Shown here one piece after another: positions 18,612-28,074 of a stretch of 64,000 bases of DNA. The stretch is taken from assembly GCA_964627085.1 (NCBI GenBank), contig CAZVIP010000004.1:14751-78750 (forward strand). Direction: 5' to 3'. Position 1 is the first letter of the stretch; every line of letters starts with the position of its first letter. The DNA is from an uncultured Candidatus Saccharibacteria bacterium. Lineage in GTDB: Bacteria > Patescibacteriota > Minisyncoccia > Phycocordibacterales > CAIZLB01. A model generated the notes under the pieces. That model saw only the letters and a list, made by a program, of their open reading frames with translations, did not search any database and was not told where the DNA came from. A program made the position numbers and the translations under genes.

Positions 18612-19571
18612 CTAACCGAGAATATCTTGGAAAAATTCTATCTGTTGTCTCGGAGAATCAGAGTCAAACACAACTGAACCAGACACCAACTTGTCTACAC
18701 CTGCGTCATAAAGTGGCCGTGCATTTTCATGTGTGACCCCACCATCAACTGATAGTTCAAGATATTTTGGCTCTGTAGAAATCTCTGCATTAATTGTGAT
18801 ACTTGGATCACTGATTTGAACACCATTACCAGAATTCGCCGCCACAAGCCTTGTTTGATTATATGTATGAAGTTCATCGATGACGGTCTTGATAAGTGTA
18901 AAGACTTTTGGAGAAAAGACCTGTCTCTGATAACCAACTTTTTCTATACCCATAAATTGAATACCGTAAATTTCCTCAATATGTTTCTCAAAAATAAAAG
19001 ACTTAATCTTTGGTGTCATATCAATTGGCAAAAGAGCAACAATGACATCAAGCATTCTTTCTCTGGCAACTTCAATTGCAACCGCAATATCATTTATATT
19101 ATGTTCTCGCAAATGCAAGATAACTCTTGTCACACCAACTTTTGCCCATTCATCCACAGCCTTTGCAGGATTTTCAACCATAAGGTCGACATCATAATCG
19201 AGAGTGCTCCAATAGGGTAATCCTTTTTCCTCTGATTGCATTTGTCTGAAATTAACATCGAGATGATCATTTTGTTCAGACACTGCATCAGTATCACTTA
19301 AAATAACCCCCTTTGAAGGTCTTTTGAACGGCCATGAAAGTGAGTCCACAAATTTACCATCCATCACATCAATCTGAACACGTGGCACCACATCGTGAAC
19401 CATACTAGCCTTGAAATCCAGGTCTTTAAAATTAGTTGGCATGATTGCTGGAATAATAATTGGAGAATCAAATTCGGTATCTATCGCCGTTGCAACTGAC
19501 TGATCGACAGCACTCACATCATCAGCTTCCTCAGCAGAATTTCCTTCTTCAATAAAGTTATTTTTATTCAT
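18612..19571 (-). CDS. rpe: Ribulose-phosphate 3-epimerase with an N-terminal acidic extension and internal insertions
   Basis: VQIDVMDGKFV, DVDLMVENP, LSVDGGV and VSGSVVF match RPE catalytic blocks. The protein is ~100 aa longer than typical RPE. Confidence 0.6.
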   Translation of the reverse strand: MNKNNFIEEGNSAEEADDVSAVDQSVATAIDTEFDSPIIIPAIMPTNFKDLDFKASMVHDVVPRVQIDVMDGKFVDSLSWPFKRPSKGVILSDTDAVSEQNDHLDVNFRQMQSEEKGLPYWSTLDYDVDLMVENPAKAVDEWAKVGVTRVILHLREHNINDIAVAIEVARERMLDVIVALLPIDMTPKIKSFIFEKHIEEIYGIQFMGIEKVGYQRQVFSPKVFTLIKTVIDELHTYNQTRLVAANSGNGVQISDPSITINAEISTEPKYLELSVDGGVTHENARPLYDAGVDKLVSGSVVFDSDSPRQQIEFFQDILG

Positions 19572-19643
19572 GTTTATGTATATATTATTTAATAATTATT
19601 TACCAATACATTTGCAAATCCATGCCCAAATACAAGCGACGCA

Positions 19644-20198
19644 CTAGACAGAAATATCATTTTCTATATCAACTGTTTCATTTATCCTACGTGCATATTT
19701 TTCATCAGATGAAAATTCAGTTTCGAGCCAAAGCTTGACCACAGTCAAAGCTTCTTCATTTGAAAGAAAACGTGCGCCTAGAGATATGATATTTGCATCA
19801 TTGTGTTCCCTTGATAGTTTTGTGATCTTTTCTATGAGTGAAAGAGATCCACCTACAGAAACCCCACCGTACACAACCACTGCACGAACAAATGGGAATT
19901 TATTCGCAGCAATTGCCTCCCCTTGTCCTGATCCCCCGATGATTATACCGACATGCTCCCTTGCTGGGTCTTTGATATTACCATGAACATCATGAGTATC
20001 GAAATCCCCATTTCTTTTTGCTTCTTCATACTTTGAAACATCATCAGCAACCTTTGCAATGTAGAGTGGATAATCATCCTCTGGGACCAGTTCATGTGCA
20101 CCGTGATCATATACATCAAAGCCCTTACTGCGCAATTCTTGGATAAGAAAGCCCTTGAGTTCAAATCCGGCATGATCTGATGCGATGGAGATTTTCAT
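19644..20198 (-). CDS. rpiB: Ribose-5-phosphate isomerase B
   Basis: MKISIASDHAGFELK N-terminus and the RpiB/LacAB fold. Confidence 0.8.
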   Translation of the reverse strand: MKISIASDHAGFELKGFLIQELRSKGFDVYDHGAHELVPEDDYPLYIAKVADDVSKYEEAKRNGDFDTHDVHGNIKDPAREHVGIIIGGSGQGEAIAANKFPFVRAVVVYGGVSVGGSLSLIEKITKLSREHNDANIISLGARFLSNEEALTVVKLWLETEFSSDEKYARRINETVDIENDISV

Positions 20199-20216
20199 AT
20201 ACTAATTTTACACCAT

Positions 20217-21143
20217 TTAGTCTTTTACTTCGGCTGATTTGACATAGCCCCCATTTATATAGGTAAACGTAGTCGAATACCATTGTGGGCCGGATCTGTA
20301 ATTTGAAATAATTTTTTTGTGAATTACATCAACCCTTGGATTTGAGATGCCGGTGAGTGTAGGGCTTTTTTCCAATAAATGAGTTTTTGGATTATAGAGA
20401 TAATAATCATAAAAGTCGTTTACACCACTATATCCTGACGACTGAAATACACCGACATCATTATAACCATCGAAATTCACATCCTGATCAGTTGGAAACA
20501 TAATGTTATTGTAACCCGCTAAATCCATCTGTTTTGCACTAGCATAGCTCAAGCTCTCTATCGCATCAGGAGTGAGTGATATGGTTTGTCTGACAGAATT
20601 ATTCTCAATGAGACTGAGTGTGTAATCCGAAACAATATACTGTATATTATTTTTTGTTTGGTTGGTTGTAGTTGCAAGATTTGCACCACCGGCTGATATG
20701 TTCGTATTTGAACTAGTTACCGTTGATGGCAAGATATTATTTGATGACTCGATACCCCGGCTATTACCATCTGATTCTCCAGGTGGTGTCACCCATCCAT
20801 AATCAACCATCACCCAAGTTGATTTTAGGTCTGGATCATTTTGCTCAAGCGTGAATGATTCTGGAGTTTTGGTTTTGTCCCAACTACCTACACTTTCTTG
20901 GTGATACAAGATATCAACATTGGACTGCATGAAATCACACTTAGGACATGCAACAATTGAGCCATTGTCAAAATAACCTAATAGACCAGCGTTGGTTGCT
21001 TGTATGTATTTTAGTTTCTTTTCAGTATGTGACGGATTTTTGAAAGCAAAAAAAGCCAGAACCAAAGCTATGGTGATTAGTGCTGTGACAATTAGTTTTG
21101 TTTGCTTGTTTTGCATATTGAACAATATTATACCGGCTCGCAA
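20217..21143 (-). CDS. Hypothetical signal-anchored, Ser/Thr/Asn-rich surface protein
   Basis: N-terminal transmembrane helix, low-complexity STN region, Tyr-rich C-terminus. Confidence 0.4.
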   Translation of the reverse strand: MRAGIILFNMQNKQTKLIVTALITIALVLAFFAFKNPSHTEKKLKYIQATNAGLLGYFDNGSIVACPKCDFMQSNVDILYHQESVGSWDKTKTPESFTLEQNDPDLKSTWVMVDYGWVTPPGESDGNSRGIESSNNILPSTVTSSNTNISAGGANLATTTNQTKNNIQYIVSDYTLSLIENNSVRQTISLTPDAIESLSYASAKQMDLAGYNNIMFPTDQDVNFDGYNDVGVFQSSGYSGVNDFYDYYLYNPKTHLLEKSPTLTGISNPRVDVIHKKIISNYRSGPQWYSTTFTYINGGYVKSAEVKD

Positions 21144-21156
21144 TCGCCCACGTAAC

Positions 21157-22188
21157 TTAAACCAACTTACTTACCTCCACCACATGTCTCACGAGAGAAT
21201 GTGTATAACCACCTTCATTGTCATACCAGGCGAGAACCTTAACTAGAGTACCATCTACGACGCGTGTCATTTTAAGGTCAGCAATTGATGCATGTGGATT
21301 ACCTACGATGTCACGCGAGACGAGTTCTTCTTCTGTTGCATCGAAAATGCCCTTCCATTTTTCTTCTGCTGCAGCGGCTTTGAGAAGTGCATTTACTTCC
21401 TCTACGGTTGTAGGCCTCTTGGCAATGAATGTAATATCACAAAGTGAGCCAGTCACAATTGGAACTCGGACTGAGATACCATCAAACTTCCCCTTGAGAT
21501 CTGGGATGACTTTTGTAACAGCAACGGCAGCACCAGTAGATGATGGCGCCATATTCATAGCAGCCGCTCTGCCTTCTCTCCAGTCTTTTTTGTTTGGAGC
21601 GTCTACGAGTGACTGACTTGCGGTGTATGCATGCGTTGTGTTGAGGATAGCTTTTTCAATACCAATTTTTTCATGTAATACAGAGATGAGTGGACTTGCT
21701 GCATTTGTTGTACAAGATGCATTTGAAGTAATAGAGCAAGTTGGCAATGCAGATTCATTAATTCCCATAAGGACAGTAGCACCTGCAATTGCACCAGCAG
21801 GATCATCCTTTGTTGGGGCAGATACAACTACGCGCTTGGCCCCAGCAGTTATATGCATGTTTGCCTTGTCCACTTGTGTAAAGAGCCCTGTTGATTCAAG
21901 AACGATATCAATACTGTTTGCAGCCCACGGTAAAGCAAGTGGGTCTTTTTCACTGAAGTATTTTACTTCGATACCATTGATAACAAGAAGAGATTTTTCT
22001 TTGTCTGCTTTGATATCAAGATTACTGCGTCCATACGCACTATCATATTTCATAAGGTAAGCAATATTCTCGATGTCTGCTAGATCATTAATAGCTACGA
22101 CCTCGAGACCTGGTTCTTCGACTGCTAATTTGAGGAAAGCTCGTCCGATTCTACCTGCACCATTGATTGCTACTCGTTTTTTGTTCAT
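21157..22188 (-). CDS. gap: Glyceraldehyde-3-phosphate dehydrogenase
   Basis: NGAGRIGR NAD-binding motif and the SNASCTTN active-site cysteine block. Confidence 0.9.
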   Translation of the reverse strand: MNKKRVAINGAGRIGRAFLKLAVEEPGLEVVAINDLADIENIAYLMKYDSAYGRSNLDIKADKEKSLLVINGIEVKYFSEKDPLALPWAANSIDIVLESTGLFTQVDKANMHITAGAKRVVVSAPTKDDPAGAIAGATVLMGINESALPTCSITSNASCTTNAASPLISVLHEKIGIEKAILNTTHAYTASQSLVDAPNKKDWREGRAAAMNMAPSSTGAAVAVTKVIPDLKGKFDGISVRVPIVTGSLCDITFIAKRPTTVEEVNALLKAAAAEEKWKGIFDATEEELVSRDIVGNPHASIADLKMTRVVDGTLVKVLAWYDNEGGYTHSLVRHVVEVSKLV

Positions 22189-22345
22189 ATCGTTCTATGT
22201 ATCTGAATTATTGTAAGATTAATACCTTACATTATACCATCAACTCAAAAAGGTATGTATCCTAGAAATGTGTACAAAATAGCCAATTTTTGCCTATGCA
22301 TTCCTATAAACCTCTTCTTCAATAATTGAAAAATCCAGAAGTAAA

Positions 22346-22852
22346 TCAAACGGCAGCGACTTCTAGATCTGAAATCCTCCCTGAAAAGTATTGATTGAGT
22401 CTGATTTGTTCATTCCACTTTCTCTCCTGTTCTTGCATGTTTGCAATGATGATTTTTGATAAAGCCTGAATTTCAGAAGTGATTAAATGAGTAATTTCCT
22501 GTTTGAAATCTCGGAACTCTACCTCAAGCCTGTCGAGGCGAGACTCAATGGCATCTAACCTCCGCTCAATGGCAGAAAATCTGGCGTCACTTGAGTTAAC
22601 GTATATTTGGAAATCTTTCTTTGTAAGTAAGTTCGCATCAACGTATGCGTGGAAGTCTTTTTTCGTAAGTAGATTTGCATCAACGTAGACATGGAAGTCT
22701 CTTTTCGTAAGTAGATTTGCATCAACGTATGTTTGAAAATCTTTCTTTGTAAGTAGATTCGCTTCCACATATATGTGAAAGTCTTTCTTTGTGAGAAGGT
22801 TTGAGTCTACATATGTTTCGAAATATTCCTTTGTTAGTAATTCTTGCTGCAT
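22346..22852 (-). CDS. Tandem-repeat protein: seven 13-aa repeats (LLTKKDFxxYVDAN) plus a C-terminal coiled coil
   Basis: Near-perfect 13-residue repeats over residues ~8-100, followed by a heptad-like segment (SAIERRLDAIESRLDRLEVEF...). Confidence 0.55.
   Translation of the reverse strand: MQQELLTKEYFETYVDSNLLTKKDFHIYVEANLLTKKDFQTYVDANLLTKRDFHVYVDANLLTKKDFHAYVDANLLTKKDFQIYVNSSDARFSAIERRLDAIESRLDRLEVEFRDFKQEITHLITSEIQALSKIIIANMQEQERKWNEQIRLNQYFSGRISDLEVAAV
22555..22835 (-). repeat. Imperfect 39-bp tandem repeat (about seven copies) encoding the 13-aa protein repeats
   Basis: The unit gtaagtagatttgcatcaacgta..tggaagtctttt..tc recurs in frame. It is coding, not CRISPR. Confidence 0.7.
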
Positions 22853-23037
22853 ATTGTGATTTATATTATGAATAATTTATGGGTAAATAATATATTGACT
22901 TGCCTTAAATTCTAATCAATAAAAAATCAAATCGGGCTTAATTTTAGCCACAGAAAAATACACACAACATATACACAGAATATGCACAGCAAAAAAACGC
23001 CGCACAAATAAATATAACTTTATTTTACCCCTCGATA

Positions 23038-24705
23038 TTAGAGACCCTGCACGTATGTAATCACCGCATCTTTTGCAGTAGTTGGATTTACCGAACCTTT
23101 ACTTACCTTCATTATCTGACCAACGAAAAACATAAGCGCTGCCTCTTTTCCAGATTTGTAGTCTGCGACTACATTTGGATTCGCAGTGACAAGTTCTGCA
23201 ATCATCTTATTTAAAGCCTCTGGGTCATTTTTTTGGATTAAACCTTCTGACTCTGCAATTTCTTTTGAACTTTTATTGATGACTTTTTCACGTGTTATGC
23301 GAGATAATGGCGCAGCAGAATCTTTTGCATTCTGTTCATTATCAGCAACCGTAATATCGTAATAGGCAAAAAATAGCATAGCGAGCAAGTCTTTTGCTCC
23401 ACGAGATGAGAGATCACCCGCCTTTGTCATAGAAATCATTTCAGCAAAAGTGGCAGATGGAATAAGTACAATATTTCCGAGACTGAGTTCTTTTTCACTA
23501 TTTGAATATTTTTTGATTAGACCAGCAAAGTCTGAAGTTACATAGTTTGTCGCTAATTTGATTAATTCTTTATCTTTCAATTCCTTCGCTGTCTCGTCAA
23601 AGAATTTTCTCACCCCTTCATTCTGGACAAACATCTCAGCATCCTCTGCCTTCATATCAAATTCACTCAAGAAACGATTTCGTACTTCCCATGGAAGTAC
23701 TGGCAATGTCGAAAGGATATTATCCTTAGAAAACTCTGCTATATCACTTATAAAAAGTTTTGGAATATCAGGATCTGGGAAATACATATAATCATGTGAG
23801 TTTTCCTTTGCTCTCTGGCTAAATGTTTTTCCTGTTGTCTCATCAAAACCTCTTGTCTCTTGGACAAGTTTTTGGGCACGGAGTGCCTCTTTGTCAGCAG
23901 CAGACTGACCATTTGCGACAACAGCTTCAATCGCAGCTATGTGTCTCGAGATTTCAAATTCAATGGCTCTCTCTACAGATTTAAATGAGTTCAAATTTTT
24001 GACCTCTGTCTTCACACCAAATGTCGCAAAAGCTTCTTTTGCTACTGGTTTTCCTGTTGCTATTGATTCCTCAATATATTCATGCGCCTTTGGATTTGTG
24101 GAGATTGAAATATTTGCCTCAACACGCATTTCTCCTTTCTCCATATTTGCCTCACCTGCTTTGAGATATCGGAGGAGTAATTGCAATTCGCGTGCAAACT
24201 CTCCAGCGGTTTTGGCATCACGTATAACAGGCTCAGTTACGAGCTCCATAAGCGGTACACCACCACGATTAAAATTCACCAAACTATAATCACCTTTATC
24301 GTGTGATGATGATGCCGTATCTTCTTCAAGATGAATTCTGGTAAGAAGAACATCTTTGAGCATACCCCCACTGATTATCGGATGCGCAAACTGACTGATC
24401 TGATATGCCTTTGGAATATCAGGATAAAAATAATTTTTTCTGTCCCATTCAGTAAAATCAGCAACATTTCCATTAATAGCAGTACCGATTCTAACCATAT
24501 GTTTGATGGCTTCCTTGTTTGGAACCGGGAGTGTACCAGGATGACCCATACAGACTGCACAAATATTTACATTCGGTTTGTCTTCGTCTGGATCATTTTT
24601 GCACGCACAAAACATTTTTGAATTTGTATTGAGCTCAGCATGGATCTCGAGTCCGATGACTGGATAATATGTGATTCCATTAGATTCAATCGTGTATGTC
24701 TTCAT
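23038..24705 (-). CDS. gatB: Asp-tRNA(Asn)/Glu-tRNA(Gln) amidotransferase subunit B
   Basis: GLEIHAEL and the FCAC...CAVC zinc cluster, GatB catalytic blocks, and a C-terminal YqeY-like domain. It is longer than usual, suggesting an insertion. Confidence 0.85.
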   Translation of the reverse strand: MKTYTIESNGITYYPVIGLEIHAELNTNSKMFCACKNDPDEDKPNVNICAVCMGHPGTLPVPNKEAIKHMVRIGTAINGNVADFTEWDRKNYFYPDIPKAYQISQFAHPIISGGMLKDVLLTRIHLEEDTASSSHDKGDYSLVNFNRGGVPLMELVTEPVIRDAKTAGEFARELQLLLRYLKAGEANMEKGEMRVEANISISTNPKAHEYIEESIATGKPVAKEAFATFGVKTEVKNLNSFKSVERAIEFEISRHIAAIEAVVANGQSAADKEALRAQKLVQETRGFDETTGKTFSQRAKENSHDYMYFPDPDIPKLFISDIAEFSKDNILSTLPVLPWEVRNRFLSEFDMKAEDAEMFVQNEGVRKFFDETAKELKDKELIKLATNYVTSDFAGLIKKYSNSEKELSLGNIVLIPSATFAEMISMTKAGDLSSRGAKDLLAMLFFAYYDITVADNEQNAKDSAAPLSRITREKVINKSSKEIAESEGLIQKNDPEALNKMIAELVTANPNVVADYKSGKEAALMFFVGQIMKVSKGSVNPTTAKDAVITYVQGL

Positions 24706-24790
24706 GCTTTTTGGATATTAACGTGGAAATTATAGGATAATACGCCTTCAATCTTTATGCTCCCTCTATTATGCCTTCTATAGTAACAAT

Positions 24791-25837
24791 TTAACCAATA
24801 ACGTTCAATAAATGTGAGCTAAATACTTTAACACTATCATCGTCCAAAATTGTGACGAATAAAGTTTCTTTATTTTTATATTTTTGGGACAAAGCGGCCT
24901 TTGCATCGCCAATATCTGTTCCATCTGATTGCACAGAGAGTTCGTCGATTTTGTTTTCAAGATCAAGGAGCTGTTCTTTTGTGACAGTGTCAGTTTTTGT
25001 AAATAGTACAATTTCTTTTTTGTCAGCAAGTTCTTGGTCGAAGTTTTGGAGCTCTTTTCTAATAGTTGAATATATTTCTGCAACTTCATCTATGCCTCCA
25101 TTTGCGAAATGCTCACATGTGATGCAGTGAATAAGCAATTTTGTCCGCTTGATATGTCTCAAGAATTTATGACCAAGACCACGTCCTTCTGAAGCACCCT
25201 CGATAAGACCTGGAATATCAGCGAGAATTCTGCCGTATAAATCACCAAGGTTTGGTTCGAGTGTAGTGAACTGGTAACTTCCAACTTTTACATTTGCATG
25301 TGTGAGTGCATTGAGGAGTGAACTTTTGCCGGCATTTGGAATACCAATAAAACCCGCATCAGCAATGAGCTGTACTTCGATATAAAAATCCGCTTCTTCT
25401 CCGGGCTTACCAGGAGTTGATTGTTTTGGCTGTTGGTTTGTAGAACTCTTGAATCTATCGTTTCCAAGACCACCATTACCACCCTTCAAGATCTGAATAA
25501 CCTGATCTGGTTCATCGAGTCTAAATTCATCACCTGTGGCTACATTTCTAATTATAGTTCCAACTGGGACATCGATAGTTAAATCTTCACCATCTTTTCC
25601 TTTCATCAAATGATTTCCACCTTGCTGACCATCTTCGGCTGAAAATTCTTTTGTATGTCGATATTTGGCAAGTAACCATGAATCACGTACTGCTTTTGCA
25701 TATACTGATCCACCACGACCACCATCGCCACCTCCAGGACCACCAAATTCCTTGAATTTTTCATGAATCCATCTAACTACACCATCGCCACCGCGACCTG
25801 CTTTTATGTGTATATTTAATTCGTCTATGAGTGCCAT
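24791..25837 (-). CDS. obg: GTPase Obg
   Basis: Gly-rich Obg fold (IKAGRGGDGVVRW...GGPGGGDGGRGGS), G1 motif GIPNAGKSSLL, and a TGS-like C-terminus. The start was moved to the internal Met (MALIDE...). Confidence 0.85.
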   Translation of the reverse strand: MALIDELNIHIKAGRGGDGVVRWIHEKFKEFGGPGGGDGGRGGSVYAKAVRDSWLLAKYRHTKEFSAEDGQQGGNHLMKGKDGEDLTIDVPVGTIIRNVATGDEFRLDEPDQVIQILKGGNGGLGNDRFKSSTNQQPKQSTPGKPGEEADFYIEVQLIADAGFIGIPNAGKSSLLNALTHANVKVGSYQFTTLEPNLGDLYGRILADIPGLIEGASEGRGLGHKFLRHIKRTKLLIHCITCEHFANGGIDEVAEIYSTIRKELQNFDQELADKKEIVLFTKTDTVTKEQLLDLENKIDELSVQSDGTDIGDAKAALSQKYKNKETLFVTILDDDSVKVFSSHLLNVIG

Positions 25838-25928
25838 AAGTATTCCGAGTGTACCATATAAACGGTAAAAAGCGATACCATACAATATTTTTGGCTTTTA
25901 AACTAAAAAATACAGCGGCTGTGTATAA

Positions 25929-26915
25929 TTACTTGATAGCCTTCGCGACCAATTCGAGCGCACCTTCTTTTGTATCAGCAACTGCGAGAAATCCTGAGTT
26001 ATGGCAAAATACCGCACCTTTAACACCTGATGCTTCTTCGAGATCTGCACCTTTTTTACCTCGCCAATTTTCTGGAAATAACATTCGCGCCTCATAGCTC
26101 TGCTCCCCTTTTGGCACAACTTTTGCAGACCAACCACCACGCAGATCTGGATAAACAAAAACCAAAGGTTCGATATATTCCGGCGCCTTGAAATCTTCAA
26201 ACCGAGTTGGGATGAATGCATCAGAAATTATCACCCTTTTATCTTTCGCTTTGGCGTATGCCTTTGCTGCTATTTTTTTGATTGCTTCCTTCTGTGTTGA
26301 TTTAGTGATAAAAACCCGAAGGACATCTTTCGCGACTACCACAAGACGCATGAATTCTTTATCAAAAGATTTATTTGCCCGTACACCGGCTTGTGCATCA
26401 AACTGCGCATCAGACTGCGCTTTTGATCCACCTGTTTTTATACCAGCTTTAACCACATCACATGCTGTGGCGAAATAATCCTGGAAAAGAAAAGGGTGCG
26501 CGTCAGCAACTGTTGGTGTGTATAAAAATTTTCCTGAATCCATACCATCAATACCCTGTACAGCATGCCTATCAACCCAATCAGCTGCATAGGTGCTACC
26601 TGTGAGCTCTTTACCATATGATTTCCACACAAGCCCAAATGACGCGTAAGGAACACCATTCTCGCGTGCACCTGCACCACCGACTTGATGGTGATCGAAT
26701 CTTTTTTTACGCACATCATACACACCTCCAATATCAACAACGAAATCAGCCTTGTTATAGACATCTGAATCAAGTGTTCGTATTACTTTTATTTTTTTCT
26801 CAGGATTTTTTGATGTCTGTGAATATCCGTCTTTTTCAAATTTGAGTAAAAGAGTTGCTACTGCAAAAATGTCATCTGAATGAAAATTCGCCCCGTGTGT
26901 TGCAATGGCAATCAT
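25929..26915 (-). CDS. MYG1/UPF0160-family metal-dependent hydrolase (3'-5' exonuclease family)
   Basis: N-terminal ATHGANFHSDDIFA matches the MYG1 signature (HxGxFHxDE/D). Confidence 0.6.
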   Translation of the reverse strand: MIAIATHGANFHSDDIFAVATLLLKFEKDGYSQTSKNPEKKIKVIRTLDSDVYNKADFVVDIGGVYDVRKKRFDHHQVGGAGARENGVPYASFGLVWKSYGKELTGSTYAADWVDRHAVQGIDGMDSGKFLYTPTVADAHPFLFQDYFATACDVVKAGIKTGGSKAQSDAQFDAQAGVRANKSFDKEFMRLVVVAKDVLRVFITKSTQKEAIKKIAAKAYAKAKDKRVIISDAFIPTRFEDFKAPEYIEPLVFVYPDLRGGWSAKVVPKGEQSYEARMLFPENWRGKKGADLEEASGVKGAVFCHNSGFLAVADTKEGALELVAKAIK

Positions 26916-26939
26916 GTGTGTATGTATTTATATTAATAT

Positions 26940-28025
26940 CTAAGATTTCGCAACTTCAGTTGAACTATTGTTACTTGAAGAAATATCTACCGTTGGGACA
27001 ACTTGTCCATCAGTCTTGAACGTTCGAACGAGTACAAACAAGAGACTGAGTACAAGTGGACCGAGCAAGAATCCTTCTGGGCCAAAAAATTGGATACCAC
27101 CCAATACTGAGAACAAAACAAGGAGAGGGTGAATATCTGTCCCTTTTTTGACAATCATTGGTCCAATGAAGTTATCAACGAGACCAACCAAAAATACTGA
27201 TATTAGAAGCTGTGTAATCCATGGCCAAGTAACTGGACTTGAGATAAATAGATAGATAACTCCAGGGACCCAAACTATTGCAGTACCAACACCTGGTACA
27301 AGTGCACAGATAGCAGCGAGAGTTCCCCAAAGTGTCGGATTTGGCACACCTGTAATTGCAAAGGATAGACCTGTCAACGAGCCTTGAATGAGCGCAACAA
27401 TCAATGACCCTGCCACAACAGTTCGGATCGCAGTTCTAAATGATATTATTATTTTTTCATCACGCTCTTTACTCCAAGGAGACAAAGCAATCAGATGCTT
27501 CCTGAGCGTCTCGCCATCTCGAAGGAAATAAAACAGCGCAACAAATGAAAGTGTGAATTTGAAAACAAAGTCCACTGTTCCTGAGAACAGACCACCAAGC
27601 CTCGCAACAACCCATGATGAAAATGCAGATAGATACCCTCTGGCATCAACTGTAAATCCAGGTACGTATGCGCGAACCTTTGTCTCAATCCAACCCGTTA
27701 AACTATCAGAAGTAAGTGTTGGTGTAGAACTTAGACTTGTATAGAGATTGTCTGCCTCAGTCACAATATTATTTACCACAAAGACAAGTGGCACAAGAAT
27801 AACTGCGACAAGTAATAATAATGTAATTCCCGCAGAGAGTGTCGGGCTTTTTGCAAATTTATAAATCCATTTATATACAGGACTCAAAAGAATGGCAAAA
27901 ACAGCTGACAATGCAAGAACATTTAAAAACGGAAAAAATACTAAAATTGCGAGCACGAGCACAGCAATAAAAATTACTGCAGAAAATACAAACTGATATT
28001 TATCAGATCCTAATACTTGGTTCAT
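26940..28025 (-). CDS. AI-2E-family (PerM/YhhT-like) transporter, polytopic membrane protein
   Basis: About eight transmembrane helices, ~360 aa, Gly/Pro-rich conserved central region. Confidence 0.45.
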   Translation of the reverse strand: MNQVLGSDKYQFVFSAVIFIAVLVLAILVFFPFLNVLALSAVFAILLSPVYKWIYKFAKSPTLSAGITLLLLVAVILVPLVFVVNNIVTEADNLYTSLSSTPTLTSDSLTGWIETKVRAYVPGFTVDARGYLSAFSSWVVARLGGLFSGTVDFVFKFTLSFVALFYFLRDGETLRKHLIALSPWSKERDEKIIISFRTAIRTVVAGSLIVALIQGSLTGLSFAITGVPNPTLWGTLAAICALVPGVGTAIVWVPGVIYLFISSPVTWPWITQLLISVFLVGLVDNFIGPMIVKKGTDIHPLLVLFSVLGGIQFFGPEGFLLGPLVLSLLFVLVRTFKTDGQVVPTVDISSSNNSSTEVAKS

Positions 28026-28074
28026 ATCAATAAGTATATCACTAAAGGTATTTAGACTTCCAGAAACCTATACC

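Noticed and set aside
22555-22835. Possible CRISPR array, based on regular 39-bp direct repeats
   Set aside because: The repeats are contiguous with no spacers. They lie in frame inside a continuous ORF, where they encode a 13-aa protein repeat. There are no cas genes in the window.
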